A stretch of 64,000 bases of DNA from Myxococcota bacterium. GTDB lineage: Bacteria > Myxococcota_A > UBA9160 > UBA4427. Both the position numbers and the translations under genes were made by a program. Below the pieces are notes generated by a model. The model did not search any database, was not told the DNA's origin, and saw only the letters and a list, made by a program, of their open reading frames with translations. The stretch covers positions 2,240,001 through 2,304,000 of the forward strand of contig OZ252299.1 in assembly GCA_965250285.1 (NCBI GenBank), given 5' to 3'. Position 1 is the first letter of the stretch. The number at the start of each line of letters is the position of its first letter. This document shows, in pieces, positions 28,333-37,624 of the stretch.

Positions 28333-28893
28333 GTGATTCGAACGACCATCGTGTGCGTCGCGGCGACCCTCGCCGTGGCCGGCCTCGCCGTCGCGCAGGC
28401 GACCATCGAGCCGGCACCGCTGACCGGATTCCACTTCGTCGGCTTCTCGACCGGCACCGTGCTCGGCGACGCCGGCGTGCAGGGCATGAAGGCCCAGTGT
28501 CAGGCCGACTGGCCTTCGAGCCGCATGTGTTCGTCGCAGGAGATCACCGACGGGATCTGGACGAACGGCGAGACCAGCCTCGAGCAGGCCTGGGTGCGCG
28601 CGTCGGCGCAGCCGGGGGGCTTCACGGGTCTCACCGACGTCAGCGGCTTGCAGGAAGTCGCCAACGACATGACCTGCGCTGGCTGGGAGCGAGCCGACGA
28701 GTTCACGTGGGGCCTCACCGTCGACAATCAGGGCACGTTCCGCACGCGCCCGTGTGACGTCGCCCGCCCGGTCGCGTGCTGCCAGTACGGCACCCTCGTC
28801 CCCGAGCCCGACCAGACCTCGATGTGGGCGGCCGGCATCGTGCTCCTCGGTGCGCTTCGACGCCACCGCGACGGCGCCCGGCGCGAAGGCTGA
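28333..28893 (+). CDS. secreted Cys-containing protein with PEP-CTERM-like sorting signal
   Basis: Signal peptide, six Cys, and C-terminal VPEP + hydrophobic segment + RRHR. Confidence 0.75.
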   Translation: MIRTTIVCVAATLAVAGLAVAQATIEPAPLTGFHFVGFSTGTVLGDAGVQGMKAQCQADWPSSRMCSSQEITDGIWTNGETSLEQAWVRASAQPGGFTGLTDVSGLQEVANDMTCAGWERADEFTWGLTVDNQGTFRTRPCDVARPVACCQYGTLVPEPDQTSMWAAGIVLLGALRRHRDGARREG

Positions 28894-29178
28894 TCCAGGC
28901 GCGACGCGTGCGGCCGGAGCATGCGCCCGGCCCCGGCACGAGACGAGAAGGGGCGAAGCGAATCGGCATCGCAAGCCCCAGCGAGCGCACCCACGGCACC
29001 CGAGGTCACGGGAAGCGCCAACTTGTGTCGGATGGACGCATCCCCGTCGTGCGATCTTGTGTCGGATGAGCGCTTTCGACCGCGTGGCTGCACCGCGGCA
29101 CGAGCGGCGCGACTAGACTCGCGCGCTCGACGTCCAACCCCTGCACGAGCAGAGCCGAACTGCGAACGGAGCCGCCCC

Positions 29179-30186
29179 ATGGCCGAATCGACGAATCGAC
29201 GCGTGATCCTCAAGGCGCGTCCGAAGAGTCTCCCGACCGATGAGCACTTCGAGCTGGTCGAAGAGCCGCTCGGCCCTCTGGCCGACGATCACGCGCGCGT
29301 GCATGTCGAAGCGATCTCGATCGACCCGGCCATGCGGGCGTGGGTCGACGAAGAGAACTACCTCGCCCCCCTCGCCCTGGGAGAGACGATGCGGGGCCTC
29401 GCCGTGGGCAAGGTCGTCGAGAGCAAGACCGACCGGCTTGCCCCAGGCGACTGGGTGCAGGGGCCGCTCGGCGTGCAGACGTACACCGACCTGCCGCCCT
29501 TTCTGCTCAAGCGCATCGATCCCGACGAGAAGGTGTCGCCCTCGGCCTGGGTCGGCGCACTCGGCCTGACGGCCGGCTTCACCGCCTATTTCGGCCTACT
29601 CGAGTGCGGGCCCTTCGAGCCGGGCGAAACGGTGGTGATGTCGGCCGCCGCGGGTGCCGTCGGCTCGATCGCCGGGCAGATCGCGCGCATCAAGGGCGCC
29701 CGGGTGATCGGCATCGCAGGCGGCCCCGAGAAGTGCGAGTACGTCACGAACGAGCTCGGCTTCGACGCCTGTATCGACTACAAGAATCAGGACGTGCACG
29801 CCGAGATGCGTCGTCTATGCCCCGACGGTATCGACGTCTACTTCGACAACGTGGGCGGACAGATGCTCGACGACGCACTGGACAACCTCGCTCAGGGTGC
29901 GCGGGTCGTGCTCTGCGGCGCCATCACCCAGTACAACCAGCGCGACGACATCCATGGCCCCAAGATGTACCTGCGGATCGCCGAGCGAAACGCGCGCATG
30001 GAGGGCTTCACGGCCGACCGCTTCGGCCCCCGTTTCGCCGAGGCCGAGGCCGAGCTGCGGGGCTGGGTCTCGTCAGGCGAGCTGGTGGTGCGAGAGCACG
30101 TGGTCGACGGCATCGAACACTTCGTCGATACGCTGCGCCTGCTCTTCGTCGGCAACCACATCGGCAAGGTCTTGCTCGCCCCCTGA
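29179..30186 (+). CDS. NADP-dependent oxidoreductase (PTGR/CurA-like MDR)
   Basis: SIDPAMR, TAYFGL, SAAAGAVGS, GIAGG, GIDVYFDNVGG and CGAI. Confidence 0.92.
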   Translation: MAESTNRRVILKARPKSLPTDEHFELVEEPLGPLADDHARVHVEAISIDPAMRAWVDEENYLAPLALGETMRGLAVGKVVESKTDRLAPGDWVQGPLGVQTYTDLPPFLLKRIDPDEKVSPSAWVGALGLTAGFTAYFGLLECGPFEPGETVVMSAAAGAVGSIAGQIARIKGARVIGIAGGPEKCEYVTNELGFDACIDYKNQDVHAEMRRLCPDGIDVYFDNVGGQMLDDALDNLAQGARVVLCGAITQYNQRDDIHGPKMYLRIAERNARMEGFTADRFGPRFAEAEAELRGWVSSGELVVREHVVDGIEHFVDTLRLLFVGNHIGKVLLAP

Positions 30187-30253
30187 TCGCGTCGCCGGCC
30201 GAGCCGGCGCGACCATCCATGGCGCGAGACGCCCGACACCGCTGGAGATCCAG

Positions 30254-31021
30254 ATGACCGCAGACGAACTCTTCGACCTCTCCGATGACGTCGCCGTCGT
30301 GACCGGCGCGGGGCGCGGCATCGGCGAGGGCATCGCTCACGTGCTGGCGTCGGCCGGCGCGGCCGTCGTCCTCGCCGCTCGGCGCGGCGACGAGGTCGAG
30401 CGCGTCGCCGAAGACATTCGAAAACAGGGCGGACGCGCGCTGGCCTGCCCCACCGACGTCACCGACGACGCGGCGGTCGAGGCGCTCGCCCGCGCTGCCA
30501 TCGACACCTTCGGCCGACTGAGCATCTGGGTCAACAACGCGGGCGGATCCCCCGTGCAGGGCAAGCTCGCCGAGATCTCTCGCGCCGACTGGGACGCCGC
30601 GATCGGCCTGAACCTGACGTCGGTCTGGTCGTGCATCAAGATCGCCAGCCAGCACATGGAGACCGGCAGCATCATCAACATCTCTTCGCTCGCCGCCCAT
30701 GGCGCCGCGCCTGGCAGCGGACACTACGGGGCTGCGAAGGCCGGCATGAACTCGCTCACGCAGACCTACGGCCGCGAGCTTGCGCCCAAGATCCGCGTGA
30801 ACGGCATCTCGCCGGGTGCGATCCCCACCGAGATCATGATGCAGGCGACCGGACTCACCGAAGACACGGTGCACCATCTCGTGAAGGGCGCGCGCATCGC
30901 GATGGGTCGGCTCGGAACACCCGAGGACATCGGGGCCGCGACGCTCTTTCTGGCCGCGAAGGCTTCGAGCTGGATCACCGGTCAGACGCTCGTCGTGACC
31001 GGCGACATGCCGATGGGCTAG
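30254..31021 (+). CDS. short-chain dehydrogenase/reductase
   Basis: TGAGRGIG, VNNAG, NISS and YGAAK. GGAG RBS. Confidence 0.92.
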   Translation: MTADELFDLSDDVAVVTGAGRGIGEGIAHVLASAGAAVVLAARRGDEVERVAEDIRKQGGRALACPTDVTDDAAVEALARAAIDTFGRLSIWVNNAGGSPVQGKLAEISRADWDAAIGLNLTSVWSCIKIASQHMETGSIINISSLAAHGAAPGSGHYGAAKAGMNSLTQTYGRELAPKIRVNGISPGAIPTEIMMQATGLTEDTVHHLVKGARIAMGRLGTPEDIGAATLFLAAKASSWITGQTLVVTGDMPMG

Positions 31022-31037
31022 CGGCCCACGTCGGCGA

Positions 31038-31613
31038 TCACGCTCTCCGGGACCGGTGCAGCTCGGGGTCGACGCGCGCAGCCATGGCTTCGACGTCGAG
31101 CGCTCGATCGACGAAGCGCGCGATCTCGGTCGCGGCCACCCGCGGATCCCGCAGCAGACGGCGATGCGGAATCGGCTGCCAACGCACGTTCGGCTGTGCC
31201 GCCAGCCAGTGCCGCGCGTCGTCGAGCTGACGGCGCATGGCATCGATCAAGCGCGCATCGCCCTCCACGTCTCGCTCGCCCTCGGTGCGTTCGAGCATCG
31301 CGCGCTGCGAAGCGGCGACCTCGCCCAGATCGCGCTCGATCATCAACACGTCGTACCTGTGGCGCGGAGGCAGCTTCGGCAGCAGCGCGTGGATCACCTT
31401 GACCGCTCGCCCGGGCGCGCGGTCGACCCATGCATCGTCGCGGGCCGTCGCCTTCACCGCCTCGAGCTCGTAGTAGCCGCGCGGATTGCTCGCATCGGCG
31501 GGACGATGATCGTCGACGAGCACCGGGATACCGCCCGCCTCGAGCATGCTCATGACCAGAGATGTGCCCGAACGCGGCAGCCCCGACACGACGACGATCG
31601 ATGCGTCGCTCAC
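31038..31613 (-). CDS. sulfotransferase-family protein
   Basis: PAPS-binding loop SGLPRSGTS, NPRGYYE and RDLGEVAASQ. Confidence 0.8.
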   Translation of the reverse strand: MSDASIVVVSGLPRSGTSLVMSMLEAGGIPVLVDDHRPADASNPRGYYELEAVKATARDDAWVDRAPGRAVKVIHALLPKLPPRHRYDVLMIERDLGEVAASQRAMLERTEGERDVEGDARLIDAMRRQLDDARHWLAAQPNVRWQPIPHRRLLRDPRVAATEIARFVDRALDVEAMAARVDPELHRSRRA

Positions 31614-31812
31614 GAGGGTGACTCGCGCCCGGCGTGCGGGGCTGCACGCGACGCGTCCCTACGATTCCGTTCGGATTGCACGGCTTCGAGTCTCGACGCG
31701 AAGGACCCCGAAGAACGTCGGGACGATCGAGAACGGCCTTCGCATCGCATTCGCAAACGGATAAGATGCCGAGCCGTCCCTGTCCACCCCGCGCCCCAAC
31801 CCACAGAGGCCC

Positions 31813-33246
31813 ATGCAGCGTCGCGGCCCCCTGCCCCCTCGTCGCACCGCGGTCATCGTGCTCATCGCGTGGCTCGCATTCGCCGCGAGTGCGGGCGTCG
31901 CGCGCGCCGAATGCAGCACCGCCGGCCTGCCGGACGGGCGGCTCGTCGCCGAATTGCAGACGTCGCTCGGCGAGATCTGTATCGAGCTGCTCGACGCCTA
32001 CGACGAAGCGCCCGGCCACGTGAAGAACTTCTTGTTCTATCTGTACGACGGCCGCCTGGTCGACTCGACCTTTCACCGCAGTGTGCCCGGCTTCATCGTG
32101 CAGGGCGGGGAGAACCGCTTCGTCGGCGACGGATTCGAGCGGACGGAGACGTTCGAAGGCGTGGTTGTGCACAACGAACCGTGTACGCGCGACACGCCGA
32201 TCCAGATCAGCGAGAGCCAGACCCTGTGGATCTGCTCCGAACGGGGCAACGAGCCCTACACGGTCGCGCTCGCCAAGATCGGCGGCCTGCCGGACAGCGG
32301 CACCAACAGCTGGTTCTTCAATCTCGGCGACAATCGTCTGAACCTCGACAACCAGAACGGCGGCTTCACCGTCTTCGGCCGCGTCACCGACCCGGCGAGC
32401 CGGGCCGTGGTCGACCACCTCGGCGCACCTCCGCAGCCCTACGCGACCTACGACGAGCTGTTCTGGGCCAGCGAAGGCACGCAGCCTCTGGCCGCCCTGA
32501 TCTCGTCGCCCGACCCGGTCCCGCTGTTCGCGCCATTGCCGCCTCGCGTGGGCGACGGCAGCGACTGCTTCGACATGACCGAGCTGGCCACCCTGCTGCA
32601 GCCCGACCTCACCACCCTGCGCCTCGAACCGCACGTGCCCGCCGATGAATCGCCCTACTACGTGACGCTCCCCGCCAGCTGCGGCACACCGCTCGCGGGG
32701 CCGCTCGAGAGCTGGATCCCGCAGCCTGGACCGCCGGACTGCCCCGACCTCGATCGCGTCGCGATTCGCACGCTGGCCCCCACGGCGCAGACGGTGTCGG
32801 TGCCGCGCGTCCGGGTGCCGTTCGAATACGTGACCTTCACTTGCGAGCAGCTCGAAGAAGCGATCGCGCTCCGCGACGCGTACCGAGCCGACGTGCAGGA
32901 CGCGGTCTTCGACGGCCTCGTCTTCATCGACGACGCTCAGCTGCGATTTGCCCCCGAGCCTTCGAGCGGATCGGTCGCGGCGAGCGCGCTCGGCGCCTTC
33001 GCCTGGCTGCGCGGCCGAGCACGCCGGCGCGAAGCGCGCGCCTGTGGGCGCCTGGACCGAGCCCGGGGCTATGTCCGCGAGATCGGCAGACGCAGCACGA
33101 CCTGGGCGCCGCCCAGCGCGGAGTCCGCAATCTCGATGTGTCCATCGAGATCGCCCACCGCCTTCGAGGCCATCGCCAGGCCGAGGCCCGAGCCGGGCTC
33201 GTCGGTACGCGTCGTGAAGAAGGGGTCGAAGACTCGCTCGCGCTGA
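31813..33246 (+). CDS. secreted cyclophilin-type peptidyl-prolyl isomerase with a PEP-CTERM-like motif
   Basis: Signal peptide, FHRSVPGFIVQGG and LDNQNGGFTVFGRV, then APEP + hydrophobic stretch + RGRARRR. The 3' end overlaps the convergent kinase gene. Confidence 0.8.
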   Translation: MQRRGPLPPRRTAVIVLIAWLAFAASAGVARAECSTAGLPDGRLVAELQTSLGEICIELLDAYDEAPGHVKNFLFYLYDGRLVDSTFHRSVPGFIVQGGENRFVGDGFERTETFEGVVVHNEPCTRDTPIQISESQTLWICSERGNEPYTVALAKIGGLPDSGTNSWFFNLGDNRLNLDNQNGGFTVFGRVTDPASRAVVDHLGAPPQPYATYDELFWASEGTQPLAALISSPDPVPLFAPLPPRVGDGSDCFDMTELATLLQPDLTTLRLEPHVPADESPYYVTLPASCGTPLAGPLESWIPQPGPPDCPDLDRVAIRTLAPTAQTVSVPRVRVPFEYVTFTCEQLEEAIALRDAYRADVQDAVFDGLVFIDDAQLRFAPEPSSGSVAASALGAFAWLRGRARRREARACGRLDRARGYVREIGRRSTTWAPPSAESAISMCPSRSPTAFEAIARPRPEPGSSVRVVKKGSKTRSR

Positions 33247-34841
33247 TCGCGCGGTACGCCGGGGCCATCGTCCCCAATCACCAGGAGGACCGTCTCGTCG
33301 TCGATCGAAGAGCGCACTTCGATGTGGCCTCCTGCCTCGCCGACGGCCCGCTCGGCGTTGTCGAGCACCTCGACGAGGGCCTGCAGCAGCGCGTCCCGGT
33401 CGCCGTAGACCGGGCACGGCGCGTCGCAAAGGCCGACCGACAGCACGATGTGGTCCGACCCCTCGAGTGAACGCATGCCGATCGCGTCGGCCATGGCGCG
33501 GTTCGCATCGAAGGCGCGGGCTGCCGTGTTCTCGGGGCTCGATAGCCGCTGCAAGCGGTCGACGATCGTGCTGATGCGATCGATGCCCTCGAGGCTCTCG
33601 AGCAGCACGTCGCGAATCTCCTCACCGACCTCGATCTCGGACGGCTCGTCGAGATCCTTCGGCAGCTGCCCGAGCAGATGCGTCACGTTCGCACGAACGT
33701 AGGCGAGCGGATTGTTCACCTCGTGGGCGATGCCCCCGGCGAGTCCCGTGACGGCCTCGCTTCGGCGGCTCTGGCGCAGGACCTTCTCGAACCGCGTCGC
33801 AGCGGTGCGATCACGCAGGATCAGGTAGATCGCAGCGACGTCGCCTTCGATATCGCTCACACTCGCGCCTCGAATCTCGAAGACGCGACCTTGATAGTTC
33901 TCGATCAGGGTCTCGAAGCCCGTCGACGAGGCGCACATGTCGCGCATCACGCGGGTGAAGGCCTCGCGGTCGTAGTCCATTCGGCCTTCGCTCTGCACCT
34001 CGACCACGCGAGCCAGCGGTTGACCTGCCACCTCGACGAGACGCACCTCGGTCATCTGCTCGGCCGCGCGATTCATGTGCACGATCATGCCGTCGGGATC
34101 GGCCAGGATCACACCGTCGTCGAGGTGATCGATCACGTCCCGACGCGCGACCGGCATCGTGTCGAGCAGCCGGAACCGCCAATCGACCCCATAGAGGATG
34201 ATCGTCGAGAGCCCCAGCAACAGGGGTGTGCGGTCGTAGGCTTGCGGAACGATGCCGAGGGTGTGGATCACGCTCGAAGCGAAGGGCAGCAGCGCGGCCG
34301 CGGCCATGACCATCGACCGAATCTGCATGTGCCCGCGCATCAGGCGCAGGGACGCCCGCACGTACAACGCCGAGCCCACCACGACGAGCAGGTACGCCCA
34401 GGCGATCCACGGCCAGAAGAACGGGCCCGCCCATCCCGCGGCCCCGTGGTCCATCAGACGATCGGGCCGAGCGACGATCAGATGGTGGAGCGGATTCGTC
34501 ACGAGGCCGACGACCATCAAGGCCGAGGGCGCGAAGATCCATGCAAGCCTTCGGCCCGCGCCGACGAGCCGGAGACGCTCGGTGAACGACAGCGCGAGCC
34601 AGGCCCAGGCCGGCGGCACCAGGAACGCTCCGATCATGGCCGTGCAGCTGAGTACGTACGACCGCGTGACCGAAGGCTCGACCCGGGCCAGCGCGACACT
34701 GCCCGTCCAGATCATCAACGCCGCCATCAGGCCGACCACCGCGCGCGTCGAGTGACTGCGGTCGGAGCGGGCCAGCGTGTGAGCCGCCATCATGGCTGCC
34801 ATCACAAAGGTGATGGAAGATTCGATGAACTGCGGATGCAT
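33069..34841 (-). CDS. sensor histidine kinase (7TM N-terminal domain, PAS, HisKA, HATPase)
   Basis: Multiple TM helices, PAS DGVILAD...NRAAEQM, H-box AHEVNNPL, DDGPG, FDPFFTT and GSGLGL. Confidence 0.92.
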   Translation of the reverse strand: MHPQFIESSITFVMAAMMAAHTLARSDRSHSTRAVVGLMAALMIWTGSVALARVEPSVTRSYVLSCTAMIGAFLVPPAWAWLALSFTERLRLVGAGRRLAWIFAPSALMVVGLVTNPLHHLIVARPDRLMDHGAAGWAGPFFWPWIAWAYLLVVVGSALYVRASLRLMRGHMQIRSMVMAAAALLPFASSVIHTLGIVPQAYDRTPLLLGLSTIILYGVDWRFRLLDTMPVARRDVIDHLDDGVILADPDGMIVHMNRAAEQMTEVRLVEVAGQPLARVVEVQSEGRMDYDREAFTRVMRDMCASSTGFETLIENYQGRVFEIRGASVSDIEGDVAAIYLILRDRTAATRFEKVLRQSRRSEAVTGLAGGIAHEVNNPLAYVRANVTHLLGQLPKDLDEPSEIEVGEEIRDVLLESLEGIDRISTIVDRLQRLSSPENTAARAFDANRAMADAIGMRSLEGSDHIVLSVGLCDAPCPVYGDRDALLQALVEVLDNAERAVGEAGGHIEVRSSIDDETVLLVIGDDGPGVPRDQRERVFDPFFTTRTDEPGSGLGLAMASKAVGDLDGHIEIADSALGGAQVVLRLPISRT

Positions 34842-35039
34842 GAGACGAGGCCAGGCCTTCCGTATACCGACCCTCTTCTGATCGACGAACACGCGTCCGA
34901 GGTTGACCCTGCTGACACACGTTCCGGTCACATGCCGCCCGACTGCCGTTCGCCTGCCCACCGGCCGCCCGCTGGGAACCTGCAGCGAGAGCGCCTAGAA
35001 TCGCAGCGAGCGCCCCGCGCCCTGGAACGGACGACCTCC

Positions 35040-35660
35040 ATGTTCACCGGCATCACTCGCGGCACCTTCGAAGTGGCTTCGCTCGAACGCCGCCCCGGCC
35101 TGCTCGTCTACGCCGTCGCCCTGCCCGGCACCATGCGGGAGGGGCTGCAGATCGGCGCGAGCGTCTCGATCGACGGGGTCTGCCAGACCGTCGTCGAGCT
35201 CGCCGACCACGGCGTCGTGTTCGAGGCGATCGAGGAGACGCTCGACCTGACCACGCTCGACCGCCTCGAGAAGGGCCAGTCGGTCTCGGTCGAACGCAGC
35301 GCTCGGGTCGGAGACGAGATCGGTGGCCACGACGTATCGGGACACGTCGTCGGCACCGGCACGATCGTCGCGCGCAGCGAGGCGGGCGAAGGGCTCGATC
35401 TGACGATCGAGGTCCCCCCCGCGTGGATGAAGTACATCCTCCACAAGGGCTTCATCGCGGTCGACGGCTCGAGCCTCACGGTCGGCGAGCGCGCCGCCTC
35501 GCAGGGTCGCTTCGAGCTGCACCTGATCCCCGAAACCCTGAGACTGACCAACTTCGAGCGGCGGGCCGTCGGCGACCCGGTGAACATCGAGCTCGACCCG
35601 CGCACCGTCGCGATCGTCGACACCGTCGAGCGTGTCCTCGCCGAGCGCGACGCGTCCTGA
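35040..35660 (+). CDS. ribC: riboflavin synthase (alpha chain)
   Basis: Invariant N-terminus MFTGI, SIDGVCQTV, GGHDVSGHV, KGFIAVDGSSLT and VNIE. Confidence 0.95.
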   Translation: MFTGITRGTFEVASLERRPGLLVYAVALPGTMREGLQIGASVSIDGVCQTVVELADHGVVFEAIEETLDLTTLDRLEKGQSVSVERSARVGDEIGGHDVSGHVVGTGTIVARSEAGEGLDLTIEVPPAWMKYILHKGFIAVDGSSLTVGERAASQGRFELHLIPETLRLTNFERRAVGDPVNIELDPRTVAIVDTVERVLAERDAS

Positions 35661-35808
35661 CGCGGCTGCGCGCCAGCAAGCGCCCTGTTCGCGAACGCCC
35701 AGGCCTTCGGCTGACCGCGTCAGTGATCGGTTCCGCGACCGCGGTGCTATCGTGCGTGGGAGCGAGCCCGAAGCCGCGTTCGCTCGACAAGCCAGAGGAG
35801 CCCAGCCC

Positions 35809-37554
35809 ATGTCCGACTACGACCTCATCATTCGCGGCGGCCAGATCGTCGACGGCACCGGCACTGCCCCCTTCACCGGCGACGTCGCCATCAAGGACGG
35901 CCTGATCGCCGCCATTGGCGAGGTCGAGGGCAGCGCTGAGCGCGAGATCGACGCCAGCGGCCTCGCCGTGACGCCCGGCTTCGTCGACATGCACACGCAC
36001 TACGACGGCCAGGTCACATGGGACGAGATGCTCACGCCAACGTGCTGGCACGGCGTCACAACCGCCGTCTTCGGCAACTGCGGCGTCGGCTTCGCGCCCG
36101 TCCGGCCCGATCACCACGACTACCTGATCTCGCTGATGGAGTCGGTCGAGGACATTCCCGGCACGGCCCTCGCCGAGGGCATCCACTGGGATTGGGAGAC
36201 GTTCCCCGAGTTCATGGATGCCGTCGGCAAGCGCGCGCTCGCGATGGACGTCGGGGCCCAGGTGCCCCACGGCGCGGTGCGGACCTATGTGATGGGCGAG
36301 CGCGGCGCGAACAACGAGCCGGCCACGCCCGAGGACATCGAGCAGATGGCCGACATCGTGCGCGGGGGCATGCAGGCCGGCGCGCTCGGCTTCTCGACAT
36401 CGCGCACGATCGTGCACAAGGCTGCGAGCGGCGATCCGATGCCCGGCACCTTTGCGGCCGAGGACGAGCTCTTCGGCCTGGGGCGCGTGCTCGGCGATCT
36501 CGGCGAGGGCATCTTCGAGCTCGCCCCGGTTGGCGCCGCAGGCGAGGACGTGATCGGCGCGCGCGAGGAGCTCGACTGGATGCGCCGCCTCTCGGCCGAG
36601 ATCCGCCGTCCCGTGTCGTTCGCGATGCTGCAGGTCGATGCCGAGCCGACGCTGTACAAGGACATGCTCGACGAGTCGATGAAGGCGGCCGACGAAGGCG
36701 CCGACCTCTGGCCGCAGGTGGCGGGCCGGCCCTTCGGCATGCTCGTCGGCCATCAGACCGAGTACCACCCCTTCGCCGATCGACCGACGTACCAGAAGCT
36801 CAAGGCGCTGCCGTTCGACGAGATGATCGCCGAGCTTCGCAAGCCCGAGACGAAGGCCCAGATCTTGTCGGAGACCGTCGAGTACGACGACCCGATGGCC
36901 GCCTTCGTGAACTCGAGCATCCACAAGCTCTTCCCGCTCGGCCCCGAGTGCAACTACGAGCCCGCGCCCGACGAGAGCGTCACGGCCCTCGCCGAGAAGG
37001 AGGGCGTATCGCCCGAGGAGATGCTCTACGAGCTGATGCTGCGCCACGACGGACGTGAGCTGCTGCTCTTCCCACTGCTGAACTACAGCGATGGCAACTG
37101 CGACCCCATCTACGAGATGATCCACCATCCGCGCGCGGCGCTGGGTCTCGGAGATGGCGGCGCGCACTGCGGGATCATCTGCGATGCATCGATCCCGACG
37201 TTCATGCTCTCGCACTGGGTACGCGACCGGAAGCGCGGGCCGAAGATCCCCGTCGAGCTCGCCGTCAAGCGGATGACCGCCGACCCGGCCGACCTCTACG
37301 GCCTCGAAGATCGCGGCCGACTCCGCCCGGGCTACAAGGCCGACGTCAACCTGATCGATCTCGACGAGGTCGCGCTCGAGCTGCCCGAGATGGTCTTCGA
37401 CCTCCCGGCCGGCGGACGGCGACTGATCCAAAAGGCCCGCGGCTACCGCGCGACGATCGTGAGTGGCGAGGTGACGATGCAGGACGGGGAGCCGACCGGC
37501 GCGCTGCCCGGCCGCCTGATCCGCGGTGCCCAGTCGGCACCGACCGACGCCTGA
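35809..37554 (+). CDS. N-acyl-D-amino-acid deacylase family amidohydrolase
   Basis: GGQIVDGTG, PGFVDMHTHYD, GNCGVGFAP and DGGAH. GAGGAG RBS. Confidence 0.9.
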   Translation: MSDYDLIIRGGQIVDGTGTAPFTGDVAIKDGLIAAIGEVEGSAEREIDASGLAVTPGFVDMHTHYDGQVTWDEMLTPTCWHGVTTAVFGNCGVGFAPVRPDHHDYLISLMESVEDIPGTALAEGIHWDWETFPEFMDAVGKRALAMDVGAQVPHGAVRTYVMGERGANNEPATPEDIEQMADIVRGGMQAGALGFSTSRTIVHKAASGDPMPGTFAAEDELFGLGRVLGDLGEGIFELAPVGAAGEDVIGAREELDWMRRLSAEIRRPVSFAMLQVDAEPTLYKDMLDESMKAADEGADLWPQVAGRPFGMLVGHQTEYHPFADRPTYQKLKALPFDEMIAELRKPETKAQILSETVEYDDPMAAFVNSSIHKLFPLGPECNYEPAPDESVTALAEKEGVSPEEMLYELMLRHDGRELLLFPLLNYSDGNCDPIYEMIHHPRAALGLGDGGAHCGIICDASIPTFMLSHWVRDRKRGPKIPVELAVKRMTADPADLYGLEDRGRLRPGYKADVNLIDLDEVALELPEMVFDLPAGGRRLIQKARGYRATIVSGEVTMQDGEPTGALPGRLIRGAQSAPTDA

Positions 37555-37581
37555 CGCGAGGCCAACCTCTGGTCGATTCTC

Positions 37582-37618
37582 GGGAGCCCCGGCAAGCCGT
37601 TGCCGGGGCTCTCTTTTT
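37582..37618 (+). terminator. rho-independent terminator
   Basis: GAGCCCCGGCAA-GCCG-TTGCCGGGGCTC 12-bp stem followed by TCTTTTT, between convergent genes. Confidence 0.85.
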
Positions 37619-37624
37619 CGAGAT

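Noticed and set aside
33678..35039. Long N-terminal extension on riboflavin synthase, or an FMN riboswitch upstream
   Set aside because: The enzyme begins at MFTGI (35040) and the extension is antisense to the kinase. I saw no FMN riboswitch consensus in the short intergenic gap.
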